The translations under genes and the position numbers were made by a program. 64,000 bases of DNA from a virus (lineage: Duplodnaviria; Caudoviricetes). Positions 37,248 through 49,000 of this stretch are shown here, piece by piece. The notes beneath the pieces are model-generated. The model was not told where the DNA came from. It did no database searches and saw only the letters and a program-made list of their open reading frames with translations. How positions within the stretch are numbered: the first letter of the stretch is position 1; every line of letters starts with the position of its first letter. The stretch covers positions 1-64,000 of the IMG/VR virus record IMGVR_UViG_3300028582_000252; one strand, given 5' to 3'.

Positions 37248-37449
37248 GACTTACACGGCTTGCCGCTGCACATTTTCATCCGTATCCCATATGCCAAGTC
37301 GCCACTCTCCTTTCCATTGATATCATCATCTTTTCCACCTCCTTTTTTCTATGATTTGCGGGATGCTGTAAGACAGATTTCGATTTGCCTTATGGCATGC
37401 GCACCTCCTATTATTCCGCCTATTCTTTTAATCAGTCAACAAGAGTATA

Positions 37450-37481
37450 AAAAGAAGCCCTGCAGCCTTCACTGCAGGGTG
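37450..37481 (-). terminator. Terminator after recombinase 37469-39037
   Basis: CCCTGCAG-loop-CTGCAGGG followed by CTTCTTTTT on the minus strand. Confidence 0.65.
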
Positions 37482-39037
37482 TCCCCAAATATATCTATGC
37501 ATATCCCTGACTTGAACATGACGGTCAGGTACCATTCATAAATTGTGATCTTATCTATAAATTTTCTTACGATCTGTTCATCGTACACGATCTCGCCCTG
37601 ATAGCTGTCTATGAAATCTGTCATCTGGTTCAGGCGCTGAGCCATACCCTTATCTGACGCCTCTTTCAGCAGTATTTCTTCCTTCTCGTTGCGGAGCTTA
37701 TCTATCTCATCAGCAATGGCATCGCAGTCACCGGCTGATTTTATGAGTCCCAGAAGTTCTTCCTGCTTCGCGGCAAGAGCGGTTTCCACCTTCCCCAGTG
37801 CTTTCGAATGATTCCTTGAAAGCACCTCACGTGCACTTTCCTTTATCGTATCAAGGTATAATTCTTTCTTACCGAAGACTTCTTTCATGGCCTTGACTAC
37901 TGCGCCTTTCAGTTCGTCCTCTCTTATGGTTCTGGAACAACAGTTTTTCTTTCCCCCGTTCACCCGGTTCACACATCTCCACACTACCAATCGTTTGCCG
38001 TGGCTGGTCCATACTACGCGCCGGTATATATCACCGCACACTCCGCAGATGACCACACCGGAAAGTGCATACCTGCTGCTGTATATACGGCGGTGTCCTT
38101 TTATCTTCATGTGCGACCTTCTGAACATTTCCTCCTGCACACGCATATAGATGCCTTTCGGTATGATGGCTTCATGACAGCCCTCCACATAATACTGAGG
38201 GACTATGCCGTCATTCTTCACTCTTTTCTTTGTGAGGAAATCGACGGTATATGTCTTTTGCAGAAGCGCATCCCCTATATATTTTTCGTTCCTGAGGATA
38301 GTCTTTACAGACTCCGGTCTCCATCTTTTCATGCCCGCACCTGTCAGTATGCCGTCATGCTCCAGGCTTTTTGCTATATCGAGCAGGCTTGCGCCTTCAA
38401 GGTACTCTCTGTATATGCGTTTGACCGTTTCAGCTTCAGATGGCTCTATGATGAGATTGCCGTCAGCGTCTTTGGTGTAACCAAGAAAGCGTGTATGATT
38501 CACCTGCACTTTCCCCTGCTGATAGCGGTACTGACATCCCAGTTTGACATTCTGCGAAAGCGACTGGCTTTCCTGCTGTGCCAGTGATGCCATTATGGTA
38601 AGCAGCACCTCTCCCTTGGCATCCATCGTGTTTATAGATTCCTTCTCAAAATACACCGGGATGCCGAGATCCTTGAGCTGCCTTATGTATTTGAGACAGT
38701 CGAGCGTATTCCTTGCGAACCGGCTGATCGACTTGGTGACGATCATATCGATCTTGCCCGCCATGCATTCTTCTATCATGCGGTTGAACTCTGTCCTGTT
38801 TTTCGTATTGGTGCCGGATATGCCGTCATCCGCGAATATCCCTGCGCACTCCCACTGCGGATTGCTCTGGATATACTCCGTATAATGTTCTACCTGCGCT
38901 TCATAGCTTGTTGCCTGTTCATCACTGTCTGTAGATACCCTGCAGTATGCAGCCACCTTCATTTTGGCTGACTCCCGTATCTTCGCCTTGCTGCTCTCCC
39001 GGCTTCTTGCCGGTATCACTGTTATCTTACCGCTCAT
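37469..39037 (-). CDS. Large serine recombinase with Zn ribbon
   Basis: [32 protein letters not shown]. Confidence 0.93.
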   Translation of the reverse strand: MSGKITVIPARSRESSKAKIRESAKMKVAAYCRVSTDSDEQATSYEAQVEHYTEYIQSNPQWECAGIFADDGISGTNTKNRTEFNRMIEECMAGKIDMIVTKSISRFARNTLDCLKYIRQLKDLGIPVYFEKESINTMDAKGEVLLTIMASLAQQESQSLSQNVKLGCQYRYQQGKVQVNHTRFLGYTKDADGNLIIEPSEAETVKRIYREYLEGASLLDIAKSLEHDGILTGAGMKRWRPESVKTILRNEKYIGDALLQKTYTVDFLTKKRVKNDGIVPQYYVEGCHEAIIPKGIYMRVQEEMFRRSHMKIKGHRRIYSSRYALSGVVICGVCGDIYRRVVWTSHGKRLVVWRCVNRVNGGKKNCCSRTIREDELKGAVVKAMKEVFGKKELYLDTIKESAREVLSRNHSKALGKVETALAAKQEELLGLIKSAGDCDAIADEIDKLRNEKEEILLKEASDKGMAQRLNQMTDFIDSYQGEIVYDEQIVRKFIDKITIYEWYLTVMFKSGICIDIFGDTLQ

Positions 39038-39455
39038 CCTTGCTCCTTATCCGGCTGTATGTATATTCCGCCTGTTCGAACGGATCATCATAATGCCTGT
39101 TAGCTTTTTTCATGTCAAATTCAACAGATGCTTTCCTCTTTACCCGATCCGGTTTTTCACCGGTACGTCCCATCACTAAAGCACGGTATTTCTTCCTCAT
39201 CTGCACTTTTTCGAATGTTTCTTCATCGATGATTGCCGGGAAAAAAGCATCTCCTATATAATGCTTATTGCTCAGATAATTATTGAGTGACGGATGCTTT
39301 TTCGGTATACCGGCTGACTTTCCTGCCTTCGCTATCGATTTGCCTCCGAGATATTCTGAAAACAGCTTTTTTATCTGTTCGCCTTTTTCCGGATCGATTT
39401 CTGCTACACCATTCTTTATTATGTAACCGTATGGAATATGCGTCATTTTCATCAC
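39027..39455 (-). CDS. Short recombinase-domain-only accessory protein
   Basis: [28 protein letters not shown]; no catalytic domain. Confidence 0.8.
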   Translation of the reverse strand: MMKMTHIPYGYIIKNGVAEIDPEKGEQIKKLFSEYLGGKSIAKAGKSAGIPKKHPSLNNYLSNKHYIGDAFFPAIIDEETFEKVQMRKKYRALVMGRTGEKPDRVKRKASVEFDMKKANRHYDDPFEQAEYTYSRIRSKDER

Positions 39456-40999
39456 ACTCCTTCCGCAAGCGTCAGACCGCACTTCAGCTTGAACGCTATT
39501 TCATGTTTGGAGTAGACGATTATCCTGTCAACGAATCTTGTGAACAGGTCACCGTCAAACTCTTTCAGATAATCCGAATGCCTGGCAAAGTCATACAGCG
39601 CCTTTATCTCCATTTCAAAGGAAAATACCTCGCCTTTTGAACTTGCCAGCCGTTCCTTTGCTTTTGCAAGTTCATCCGCTTCCCTCGCAAGAGCAAGGTT
39701 CTCACGGCTGTACACCGCAGCATCAAGACATCCCTTGGTCATGACCTCCAGAAGTTTTCTCATGCTTTCCCTGTTCTTTTCAAGCTTTTCATCCACTTTT
39801 TCCATGTCCATACAGTCTACTGTCCTGTTCTTTTCTGTAAGTTCTATAAAGAATGGTTTCAGCATGTCCTCACTTGCAAAAATAAGCTTGTTCATCATCA
39901 GTGTGAAGGCAAGTTCCAGATCTTCGTTCTTTACTGTAGCCATAGAGCATCTTTCCTTATAATATGTATGTGTACGGCACACCCAGAACACTGTCTTATC
40001 GACCGTGGCATTGTTTATCCGCCGTTTGAACCGGTCACCGCATTCCGCGCAGTATATCTTCCCGGAAAATGGATATCGATTCTGGAATTTAGATGTACCA
40101 CCGGAGCATGCGGCATCCGATCTTACTTTCAGCAGGTTCTGTGCGGCTTCAAAATCTGCACGGCCAATGATAGGTTCATGATGATCCGTCACCAGATACA
40201 TCTCTTTTTCACCTTTATTCCTGTGATCCTTGAAATGGTCGTCCACGTATGTCTTCTGACACAGCATGTCTCCGACATATTTTTCATTGGATAACATTTC
40301 ACGTATTATGGTGGTGTTCCAATTCCCGCGCCGTTTTGTTGGTATGCCTTTCCTTTCCAGGCTTTTCGCTATCTGATATGAGCCTCTGCCTGAAAGCATC
40401 TCCGAAAAGATATACCGTATCACTTTCGCCTCTTCTTCATTGATTACCATCTTTCCGTCTTTGTTCTCATAGCCGTACGGCGGTGTCGATACGATGTAAG
40501 TGCCTTTCTTGAATCTCTGATGTATGCTCCACTTGGTATTTTGTGATATCGATCTTGATTCATCTTCTGCAAGCTGACTCATGATCGCGAGCAGCAGTTC
40601 ACTGTCCATTGTCGTGGTGTCTATATTTTCCTTTTCAAAATATATACCGATGCCAAGTCTTAGAAGCTTACGCACCATCATTAGGCAGTCTGTAGTATTC
40701 CTTGCGAACCTGCTGAGTGACTTAGTGATGATGTAGTCTATTTTGCCTTCCCGGCATGCTCGCATCATCCTTCTTAACGCAGGCCTGTTTTCCTTGTTCG
40801 TGCCTGTTATCCCTTCATCACAGTAGATTCCGGCATATATCCAGTCCTTGTTCTCTCTGATGTATTTTTCATAATGTCCTTTCTGCGCAAGGAGACTTAC
40901 CATCTGCTCTTCTGTGTCAGTTGATACTCTGCAGTACGCAGCTACTTTCTTTTTACCGCCAGCAGGCGGCTTTGCATCGAATGTCGTTATCTTTGCCAT
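39452..40999 (-). CDS. Large serine recombinase with Zn ribbon
   Basis: [37 protein letters not shown]. Confidence 0.93.
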   Translation of the reverse strand: MAKITTFDAKPPAGGKKKVAAYCRVSTDTEEQMVSLLAQKGHYEKYIRENKDWIYAGIYCDEGITGTNKENRPALRRMMRACREGKIDYIITKSLSRFARNTTDCLMMVRKLLRLGIGIYFEKENIDTTTMDSELLLAIMSQLAEDESRSISQNTKWSIHQRFKKGTYIVSTPPYGYENKDGKMVINEEEAKVIRYIFSEMLSGRGSYQIAKSLERKGIPTKRRGNWNTTIIREMLSNEKYVGDMLCQKTYVDDHFKDHRNKGEKEMYLVTDHHEPIIGRADFEAAQNLLKVRSDAACSGGTSKFQNRYPFSGKIYCAECGDRFKRRINNATVDKTVFWVCRTHTYYKERCSMATVKNEDLELAFTLMMNKLIFASEDMLKPFFIELTEKNRTVDCMDMEKVDEKLEKNRESMRKLLEVMTKGCLDAAVYSRENLALAREADELAKAKERLASSKGEVFSFEMEIKALYDFARHSDYLKEFDGDLFTRFVDRIIVYSKHEIAFKLKCGLTLAEGV

Positions 41000-41026
41000 C
41001 CTTTCATACCTCCTTTCATCAGGTGA

Positions 41027-41056
41027 CATATTACCTCTGAAACCCACATTTATCAA
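41027..41056 (-). promoter_or_regulatory. Promoter-like motif copy 3, upstream of the recombinase operon
   Basis: Minus strand TTGATA AATGTGGGTTTC AGAG GTAATAT. Confidence 0.65.
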
Positions 41057-41286
41057 CGATTTACGGGCATCAAAGGCATCATTTCCGGTTTAAGTTTTTC
41101 AGTGAGTGAAAAGAGCAGAAGGTGTCTTTCTTCATCCGTTATGAGTCCTGTCTCATGCATCTTTGAGATCACTGTTTCTGCCATCATGTATGCGTATTCC
41201 CGTTCCAGTTCTTCCGGGGTCGGCACCTTAGTTTCTTCTGTAACTGCAGGTTTTTCGCTCTCTGCCGTTATTTTTGTTATTTCCAT
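41053..41286 (-). CDS. SHOCT-like small protein preceding the recombinases
   Basis: E..Y.MA...I.KM...GLITDEE. Confidence 0.7.
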   Translation of the reverse strand: MEITKITAESEKPAVTEETKVPTPEELEREYAYMMAETVISKMHETGLITDEERHLLLFSLTEKLKPEMMPLMPVNR

Positions 41287-41421
41287 CAGTTATCCCTCCG
41301 TTCCGGGGAACATATCCCCTCACTGTTCAAAGGACACCAGGGAACATTTTGAGCAAAAAAAAACAGGCCTGCGCACATCAAAAAGATGCACACAGGCTTA
41401 CTGCTGTATTGATGATCACTT

Positions 41422-42171
41422 CTATTTCATCATGCTTTTTATCTTGGTACGTGTCTTAGGACCAACTATACCGTCGATCTCAAGCTTGTATTTTTTCTGG
41501 AAACTACGTACTGCTTTTTCTGTTTCGGGGCCGAACTCACCGTCAGCATCAAGATCTGAACCAATGATATTGTTCAGGCACTTCTGAAGTTTCACCACCT
41601 GATCCCCGGATGAACCTTTTCTCATATCGATGACAGGATACGGCACTTCTTTGGCTCCGGTTAGTTTTTCATGAAGTCCTGCCCAGGCTTTGGCTGAAAT
41701 GTACCCGTTAGGGCAGCATTTTCCGGTGACGTCAAAATGCCTTACTACCCTTCCCGCCGGTATCCCATACTTCTTCATGAGATGCTTTACGAGCGGGGCT
41801 GCGGTCTTTATGGATTCAGGAGTAGGTGTGATGATGCCGTTATGTCTGTAGCAGCATAGTTCTATGCCTATCGAGTTGCTGTTTGTACAGATCCCATGAA
41901 GCGTTGCTCCGCGGTTTCCGCCGTTCATTGCATTCCCTGTATCCTGAAGACCTCCGCCACAGTGCCATGCCGCTTTGGATTCCGGTATGCACTGCCAGAT
42001 CTCACTGTCTACAAAGAAATGTGCTGACGCCTCCCTGTCTCCTCCGCAGAAATAGATGCAGTTGTTTTTCGCGGAACTGATCGCACCTACATAATGGATC
42101 ACTATATATCTTATGGACGCGCCGTTTCTGCTCGACTGGTTGTACCTGCTTATCTTCTTATTTATCTTCAT
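41422..42171 (-). CDS. Endolysin: N-acetylmuramoyl-L-alanine amidase + peptidoglycan-binding domain
   Basis: YIVIHY, SAHFFVD, AWHCG, SIGIELC, RHFDVTGKCCP; DGEFGPET..V..FQ..L..DGIVGPKT. Confidence 0.93.
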   Translation of the reverse strand: MKINKKISRYNQSSRNGASIRYIVIHYVGAISSAKNNCIYFCGGDREASAHFFVDSEIWQCIPESKAAWHCGGGLQDTGNAMNGGNRGATLHGICTNSNSIGIELCCYRHNGIITPTPESIKTAAPLVKHLMKKYGIPAGRVVRHFDVTGKCCPNGYISAKAWAGLHEKLTGAKEVPYPVIDMRKGSSGDQVVKLQKCLNNIIGSDLDADGEFGPETEKAVRSFQKKYKLEIDGIVGPKTRTKIKSMMK

Positions 42172-42583
42172 CCGTTCCCTCCTTCTCTGCCCTGTGATGC
42201 AGCTGTTCAAGCACTGCCTTAAGCTGCCCCGGTATCGGCAGTCCGAGATGTCCTGCATTCTCAAGAAGACTTATGCCTTCATTACTGATGTAGAAAAAAA
42301 TCACTGCTGTGCGCAGCACACCCGGCTGTCCCAGTACCTTCGTATCGATGATATTTGCTATGCCGACAAGCAGAAAGATAAGGACCTTCCTGCATATCCC
42401 TTTGAAACCGACATTGCTCGAAAGCTTATGATCAGCTACGGCGCACATCACACCTGTTATGTAGTCGATAACGACAAAAGCTATAAGTGCGTAAAGCAAA
42501 CCGTCACATCCTCCCAGATAATACCCTATCCATCCGCCAAGGCCGGTAAATATAGCCTGGCTGATTGCCCAGAACTCTTTCAT
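42158..42583 (-). CDS. Phage holin (family 4)
   Basis: IDYITGV, LSS.VGFKGI, NEGISLLEN..LGLPIP. Confidence 0.9.
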   Translation of the reverse strand: MKEFWAISQAIFTGLGGWIGYYLGGCDGLLYALIAFVVIDYITGVMCAVADHKLSSNVGFKGICRKVLIFLLVGIANIIDTKVLGQPGVLRTAVIFFYISNEGISLLENAGHLGLPIPGQLKAVLEQLHHRAEKEGTDEDK

Positions 42584-42638
42584 TTTATTGTTCTCCTTCC
42601 ATAAAAATAACTGCCTTGCGGCAGCCACCTATAACGAT

Positions 42639-44180
42639 CTATGCTGTTCTTTTCCATACATACACAGCCAGGTACGGCGGCATGTTCTTTCCTGTACCGT
42701 CTACACCGGTCGGATTGTTAGTGGCCGTCACATATGAAGTGTAACGGTCTGTACTCTTTCTGTTAGTCTGGTATGTGTACGCACTTGATGACCCGGAACC
42801 GTCTGACCAGTTGGCGAGCATCTCATGCCTATGCTGGTTTTGCGAATGATTATGATATACGACCACGGCATCCGCAGAGCCGCCGGACGATCCTGCCCCG
42901 TATGAACTTCCTGCAGACAATAGGAATCTGTCCTGTATCTGTTCCCAGGTTCCGCCGAACAAAGTTGCCGGTGATGCGGAACTGACCGACATATATATGG
43001 CACCGACAGGGTATATTAGATCAGCGATCCCGTTTATCCTGCCTGGTTTAATGTCACCGGATACTGAAAGACTGCCCTCGAATGAACCGTTGTTTGCTCT
43101 GAAACTGCCAAAGCCGCAGTACATTTCATCTTCCGTTGCTGCAGTACCGCCGAAGGCTATCCCCTTTCCATCTGTCCTCACATCCATGATGTATGACTTT
43201 GAGTATATCCTGAATATATTCGACTGCGCGCTTGTATATCCATCACTCAATATACCGTAAATATCCCACGAATAACTTATATCGAGATCGACCGACATCG
43301 TCTCACCTGTGAATGATGATGCTGAAGGGTTTATCGTTCCTACAGCATTCCATACCTCCGAACTTGTTTCCTTCGCATAAACGGTCACTGTCCTTGATGT
43401 ACTCGAAAGTGCCGACTCACCGGAAACCGAGACTGTCACAAGCGAAGCATCAGCATCCGTAGGTGAACGCAGTGCTGATAATGACAAAGAACAAGCTGTT
43501 TCACTCACTGTGAGATTATACGACTTCTCCGCGATATCTGTCCCGCTGTAGATCTCATATACCTTGCAGGTCTTAAGACTTGCTTTTACTGTAGAGAACA
43601 CACTGACTGGGACAGCTGCGCTTCCGCTCGTACCGCTTATCGATGCGGTGTACCTTGATACACCTGACGCGTCAAGGAATTCGAGTCGATATGAAGATGA
43701 TTTATTGAAAGTGAATGTACCTGTTTCCCCGTATTTCATTGCAAAGGGATAGGATGTCATTTTTCCGAATGTAACGAACAGTATGTAATTCGATGACATT
43801 ATATCCGCCATGCTGCTGACACCATAGGTAGTCGGCATATACGACCCTGCCACTTCATATGAAATAGTCGCACCGGTGTATACATCTATCATATCCGAAC
43901 TTGAAACTGTTTCTGTCGCGGTCAGGATGCATGTCATTGAAGTGGTCACTTTTACCGTCTTGCTGACACTGCTGTTTGTTGTGCTTATGGAAGCAGTCAC
44001 GCTCCTGGCAGTCGTAGATTTTGCGTACAGGCTGTATTTGATGCTTGCGTTCGTATATCCGTCGTTAACCGTTATCCCGGTCACTTCCACAAGCAGATAA
44101 CTGTCTTTTGAGATCGTACCTGCGCTGCTTGCCATAAGTGGCAGATACGGCATGCTTATTTTCTTACTGTATATAGCCAT
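42639..44180 (-). CDS. Tail fibre / receptor-binding protein
   Basis: S/T-rich beta domains; C-terminal YPVGAIYMS..PATLFGGTWEQI..HxH..NMPPYLAVYVWKRTA. Confidence 0.75.
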   Translation of the reverse strand: MAIYSKKISMPYLPLMASSAGTISKDSYLLVEVTGITVNDGYTNASIKYSLYAKSTTARSVTASISTTNSSVSKTVKVTTSMTCILTATETVSSSDMIDVYTGATISYEVAGSYMPTTYGVSSMADIMSSNYILFVTFGKMTSYPFAMKYGETGTFTFNKSSSYRLEFLDASGVSRYTASISGTSGSAAVPVSVFSTVKASLKTCKVYEIYSGTDIAEKSYNLTVSETACSLSLSALRSPTDADASLVTVSVSGESALSSTSRTVTVYAKETSSEVWNAVGTINPSASSFTGETMSVDLDISYSWDIYGILSDGYTSAQSNIFRIYSKSYIMDVRTDGKGIAFGGTAATEDEMYCGFGSFRANNGSFEGSLSVSGDIKPGRINGIADLIYPVGAIYMSVSSASPATLFGGTWEQIQDRFLLSAGSSYGAGSSGGSADAVVVYHNHSQNQHRHEMLANWSDGSGSSSAYTYQTNRKSTDRYTSYVTATNNPTGVDGTGKNMPPYLAVYVWKRTA

Positions 44181-44189
44181 TATTATTCA

Positions 44190-45080
44190 TCACCCTTCAT
44201 TGAGCCTAAGTGTAAGATTTCCGTTTTCACGGTTTATGAACGTGAACTTTCCTATCTGAAACATCGGAGTGCTGCCGCCCATGCTTGCACGTACATTACC
44301 AAACGCATCTATGATATCGAAGCTGTCGCTGTCTATGTGGGCATGCGCTCCCGTGATGCTCCCGATGACGGCATCCGCCCCAAACGATGCTATCCGCACT
44401 GAATACGTTTTAGTCACAGTTCCTCCGCTGTTTTTGTATGTCGCAAGAAGCACATCAAAACTTCCGTCTGTGTTGACGAGCGCCAAAGGAAGTGTTATGG
44501 AAGATCCGTCCGGCAGAGTCCCGGCATCCGGTATCCTTCCTGCTTCTATTCCGTCATCTGTCTGCCTTATAAGCGCAGTGAGTTTTACATTCACTGCGTT
44601 TGCGGCATTTTCCGCTCTCGCCGCGCCCTGGGATGCAGTTGCTGCAGATGCTGAAGCAGACGATGCCATGTTTCCTGCAGTGATCGCGGCACCTGCGGCT
44701 TTTTCCGCTGCAGTCCCTGCTGAATCAGCTTTCTTATTTGCGCCGGCAGCTTCTGTCTCAGCATTTTCAGCTGCTAACTTAGCCACTGCCGCATTGATCC
44801 TCGCATTTATTGCTGTCGTATCGTCTGTAGGAGGCGCGGTGTCATTGCCCGTCACCCATGCCTTTCCTCCTGCTACCCTGATCCTTATGGTGTCTCCTGC
44901 TTTAGCATCTATTGAAAGTGTCACCGGTGTTTCGTCCACCCCTCCCGGGATGTGGACCCAGGCTGTATCATCTTCAACACGTTTGACTGTTGCTACTGTG
45001 TCATAGCCTTTGGTTCCTGCGCTGCTGTCTTCCATTGCCGAAATGATATCCTGCTGTATCTTTGCTTTTTTCACCGTCAT
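44190..45080 (-). CDS. Minor tail / spike-like protein
   Basis: N-terminal beta domain, Ala-rich coil, NGNL near the C-terminus; position in the tail module. Confidence 0.6.
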   Translation of the reverse strand: MTVKKAKIQQDIISAMEDSSAGTKGYDTVATVKRVEDDTAWVHIPGGVDETPVTLSIDAKAGDTIRIRVAGGKAWVTGNDTAPPTDDTTAINARINAAVAKLAAENAETEAAGANKKADSAGTAAEKAAGAAITAGNMASSASASAATASQGAARAENAANAVNVKLTALIRQTDDGIEAGRIPDAGTLPDGSSITLPLALVNTDGSFDVLLATYKNSGGTVTKTYSVRIASFGADAVIGSITGAHAHIDSDSFDIIDAFGNVRASMGGSTPMFQIGKFTFINRENGNLTLRLNEG

Positions 45081-46084
45081 GCCGTCACCGCCTCTTCCGT
45101 TGTTTTCACTCCGTATCCAAGTTCCATGCTCTGACTTTTGATGCGGAAAGTCCCGTCCAGACCGTTCCCCGGATAACGCATCCGTATAAGATCTCCAGGT
45201 GAAACATCAGGCTGATACCTTCTGTCATAATGAAGAGTCCTTGATGGGGACTGCTCCTCTTTTAGTCTCCTTAATGCATATGCGGAAAGCGTTTCTCCAA
45301 GATTAAGACTGCAGTCCGTTTCTTCCATCCATACTTCTCTTCCTCGCTTTATTGTGGACAGGATGCTTTCCGGGTCATCATCCCTTGCAACAGCCGTAGA
45401 ATCACCGCTCACTGCTCTGAAAACATTGGGACATGAATACCAGTCGCATGTGTCTGTCACATGCATCTCGATGATATCGTTAGAAAGAGAATCAAATGCG
45501 GCAGTGACCTCAGATGCCTTTTCACATATATGGATCCTGCCGTCACCGCTTATCTTTATACGCCAGCCGATTGCTGTTATTATCTTTTCTGCCATAGTAA
45601 GATCGCTCTCACCATCTTCTGCCACTATTGAATCAGCAAGATGCGGTGAGCCTGCATCAAACGTGACTGGTGCAGGGCCTGTACTCAACAGCCTTGCGGC
45701 AAGCGCTGCGCCATCCGCATCCGCTGGTGCGTACCATCCTCTCTGCAGCAGTCTGTCAGCCATTGGCTTAAGTACCGAATAGCATTCTGCCGAATATGAT
45801 TCCCTTGTACCGTCAAGACTTCTTTCGGGGACCGATGTGATCCCTGTAAAAAGCGGTATATGTGCAGATGCTCCTGCATCCTGCCTTGCATCGAGCCATA
45901 TCCTTATCCAGGCTTCACCGGTTCCGATTAGTTCTGTCATGCTTATATCTGCCGACTCCATCATTTTTTCAGTATTACGTTCAATGCTACCTCCGGTTAT
46001 CCGTATATCCTTAATATCTCTCCACGTGACGGGATCTACAACTGATGCTGTGAACCTCGCTGAAAATCCTCTGCTCCATATCAT
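45077..46084 (-). CDS. Minor tail (hub/Tal-like) protein
   Basis: Position; C-terminal PGDLI.M.Y..GLDG.FRI.SQS.EL. Confidence 0.6.
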   Translation of the reverse strand: MIWSRGFSARFTASVVDPVTWRDIKDIRITGGSIERNTEKMMESADISMTELIGTGEAWIRIWLDARQDAGASAHIPLFTGITSVPERSLDGTRESYSAECYSVLKPMADRLLQRGWYAPADADGAALAARLLSTGPAPVTFDAGSPHLADSIVAEDGESDLTMAEKIITAIGWRIKISGDGRIHICEKASEVTAAFDSLSNDIIEMHVTDTCDWYSCPNVFRAVSGDSTAVARDDDPESILSTIKRGREVWMEETDCSLNLGETLSAYALRRLKEEQSPSRTLHYDRRYQPDVSPGDLIRMRYPGNGLDGTFRIKSQSMELGYGVKTTEEAVTA

Positions 46085-49000
46085 GATGTGCCCTCCGCAG
46101 CAACAACTGCATTCCACTGTGCAAGCGTCATGCCGTCAAAGCTCTCTGATTCTACCTGCTTTATGTCAAGCGAGAAAGAAATCACCGGGTCATTGTATTC
46201 ACGGCTCTCACTTACTTCGACATCAGCGGCAAAGCTGCTCCCGTCCGGTGTACGGACATGACATATACCGGAAAAAGAAGCAAGCTGTCTCATTGCACGT
46301 ATCACTGACTCATCTTTCGTTTTGATGCTGTCTGTCTGAAGTGAAAGATTCCTGAATACTCCTGGATTCCAGTCCCCGGCTATACTCCCGCCAAGATACC
46401 TTGTACGTTCAAAGTCCTTCTCCCATGAGTTCCCAAGTTTTAGGTTATATGGTAGTACCACACGGCCTCCGTCAAAATCGATCACTGTACTCCTGATATC
46501 AAGTATATCGCCGGCTTCTTCATCTATATCCACCCATGCGGCGAGATCATCCGCCGTTATGTAATCTCCATTGACGGTCCTGTCTACGATGCGGTGACCG
46601 CACCCTTCTCCGAATGCCGGGTAAGGATCGACATAAGATATTCCGTAAGCGCCGCCGTAAATGATAAGTTCCGGTCCGTCCGCAGAAAGCCTGTAAATGT
46701 CACAGACATCACCTTCAGCATACGATGCCGGTGCAGCAGGCATTATGACAGTGATCAGGGAATCCTTATTCGGTACAGCCGTACCTCCGGGTATTTCTGC
46801 CTGATGCGCCCAGTGGACTTCAAAGTTCTCCGATGCAGCTGCTGACTGCCCGAGTGAATCTTTTACCGTGACGATTAGCGTGTATGACGCTCCGTCATCG
46901 AGCTGGATCAAAAGATCATCTGCGCTGATCGTTATCTCACCTTCACCGCTCGCTTCTGAAATGGCGCATGTCTCACCTGCAAATCCTCCGCCTTCATTCC
47001 CGTCCGGACGCTCCATGTGATAATCATATCTTCTCTCTATAACAGCTATGGTTGTTCCGCCTGCACCTGCGCCGGTCACCGTCAAAGTAAGCGGCAAAAC
47101 TGTAAGCGCCAAAGTCTTATGGGTAATGGTCGGATCATCCGGATCGTCCTGCACTGTCTGCTCTTCCAGGCTGGTCTTTGTGATAACAGCAATTAAAGGC
47201 TGCGCGACCGTAACTGCCGCTGCAGCACTCCAGCCTGCTGATGCCCTGCCTGATGCTGATATCACACGAACGCACAGATAGTATGTATTGCCTGCGCTCC
47301 ATCCGGCTTCCTTTGCATTTATTGTGATTGCCTGGCTCGTTAGCGTATGCGCTATCACTTTGCCGTATGTGATGCCGCCTGCATTTATCTGAGCTTCACA
47401 AATTTCAGCATATGCCTGTGATGTACCGTCACCGGATGTATATGCCCAGTATGCAGTGACATTTCCATCCTCAGTTATGACGCTCTCTGACAGTATGAGC
47501 GAAGGAGTTTCAGGTGCTGATGAAAGATCCACTTTGGCCGCTTCACTCCACGGACCATATATAATGTTCTCTCCGCTTCCTGATGTAAGCCTTACTCTTA
47601 CATACCACGTGACTCCTGTATCGAGTCCGCTTATATTCCACCTACCTGCATGGAGATGACTTATCGTATATGTGCTTGGTTCATCTGTTGACTCCCACGC
47701 ATCTTCATGTTCCGACCAGCTTATGACAGCGCTGTCCGCTTCATCCCATGTCCAGTCCCATGTCACACTGACCGTCTTTGCAGTATCCGACTGGACTGCT
47801 TTCACATTTGACGGTGCCTGCGGTACGGTGCCGCCTTTCCACACATCCGTGCTTTTTGCATTTGCAGAAGTATTGTAAACGGTGATGCCGGCAGCGGTAA
47901 CTGATGTTTCGTATGTGCCCTGCATCGCATAAATGCCGAAATCATATGCAGTTTCAGATGAAAGATCAGGGCACTGCACTGTAACATTTGTTTCACCATG
48001 AGCAATAATGCCAAGCGTGTATATCTGCGAAGGATCTGATGCTGCTCTGAACAATACCGCAAGGATAGTGTCCGGGATCTCCGAATTATTCGCAGCCGTG
48101 ACCACTGCCTTGCTCGTTGCAGTGTCGATCTCCACACTTGTTATGGAAGGCGCCTTTATCACTCCTGCTGCTACCATTTTTGCCTTGCCGTATATGAGTG
48201 CCTTATCGTGCAGCGTATTGACACGCACGAACAGGCATTTATCCTCACCGACCAGCTGATCTATCGTAAAGCGTGCCATATCAGTCCCGCTCGTATCCCT
48301 GGATGTGTCAGCATCAGTCCAGCCTGCATCATCCGGACAGGATAGTCCTGCTGCCGGAGTCACGATGGCCCACTGCACTGTTGTCTTGTCGATAGGCGTC
48401 CTGCTGTCACTTGGCGCTGTCCAGGTCACTGTGATGTCAAGGCCGCCCTGACCGTTTACTGCTGCATCTGCAGATATGATCGATGCTGTCTGCGGGGCAG
48501 AATATGTATGCTTTGCATATACCCAGTCACTGTTTCCCTGCGGTCCTCTGGAACGCACTCTCATCCATCTGGTATGCGAACCGACTGCGATCACAGCAGT
48601 ATCCTCGGTAACGCTTCTTGTGCCCGATGCCGCCGCTGTCCCTGAAAGCCATCCCGACTGCGATGAGTTCCATGAAAGTCTTGAACCGTCAGCTTCACCG
48701 CTCTCAGTAATAAGTGACTGATACTCTGTGTCAGTAAAAATGTGCGTATCATCATCAGATACAGCAACTTCCCATGTAAATGTCCCGACATTGCTGTAGT
48801 CTTCACTTAATTCAAAAACGGCAGATGACGGTCTTTTCGGTATAAGGACATCGAATGTTTTATCCGACCATTCGCTCCATCCGAAATTATCATTCTTCTT
48901 TTTGTCATGATTTCCACGCACCCTGAAGCTTATATATCTTAGTGTTCTTTTGCCTGACGCCGGATAATAACTTCCAGCAGAAAGTGATACTGCCTTGCTG

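Noticed and set aside
42639-44180. DGR target or invertible tail-fibre cassette
   Set aside because: I saw no reverse transcriptase, template repeat or inverted alternative 3' ends.
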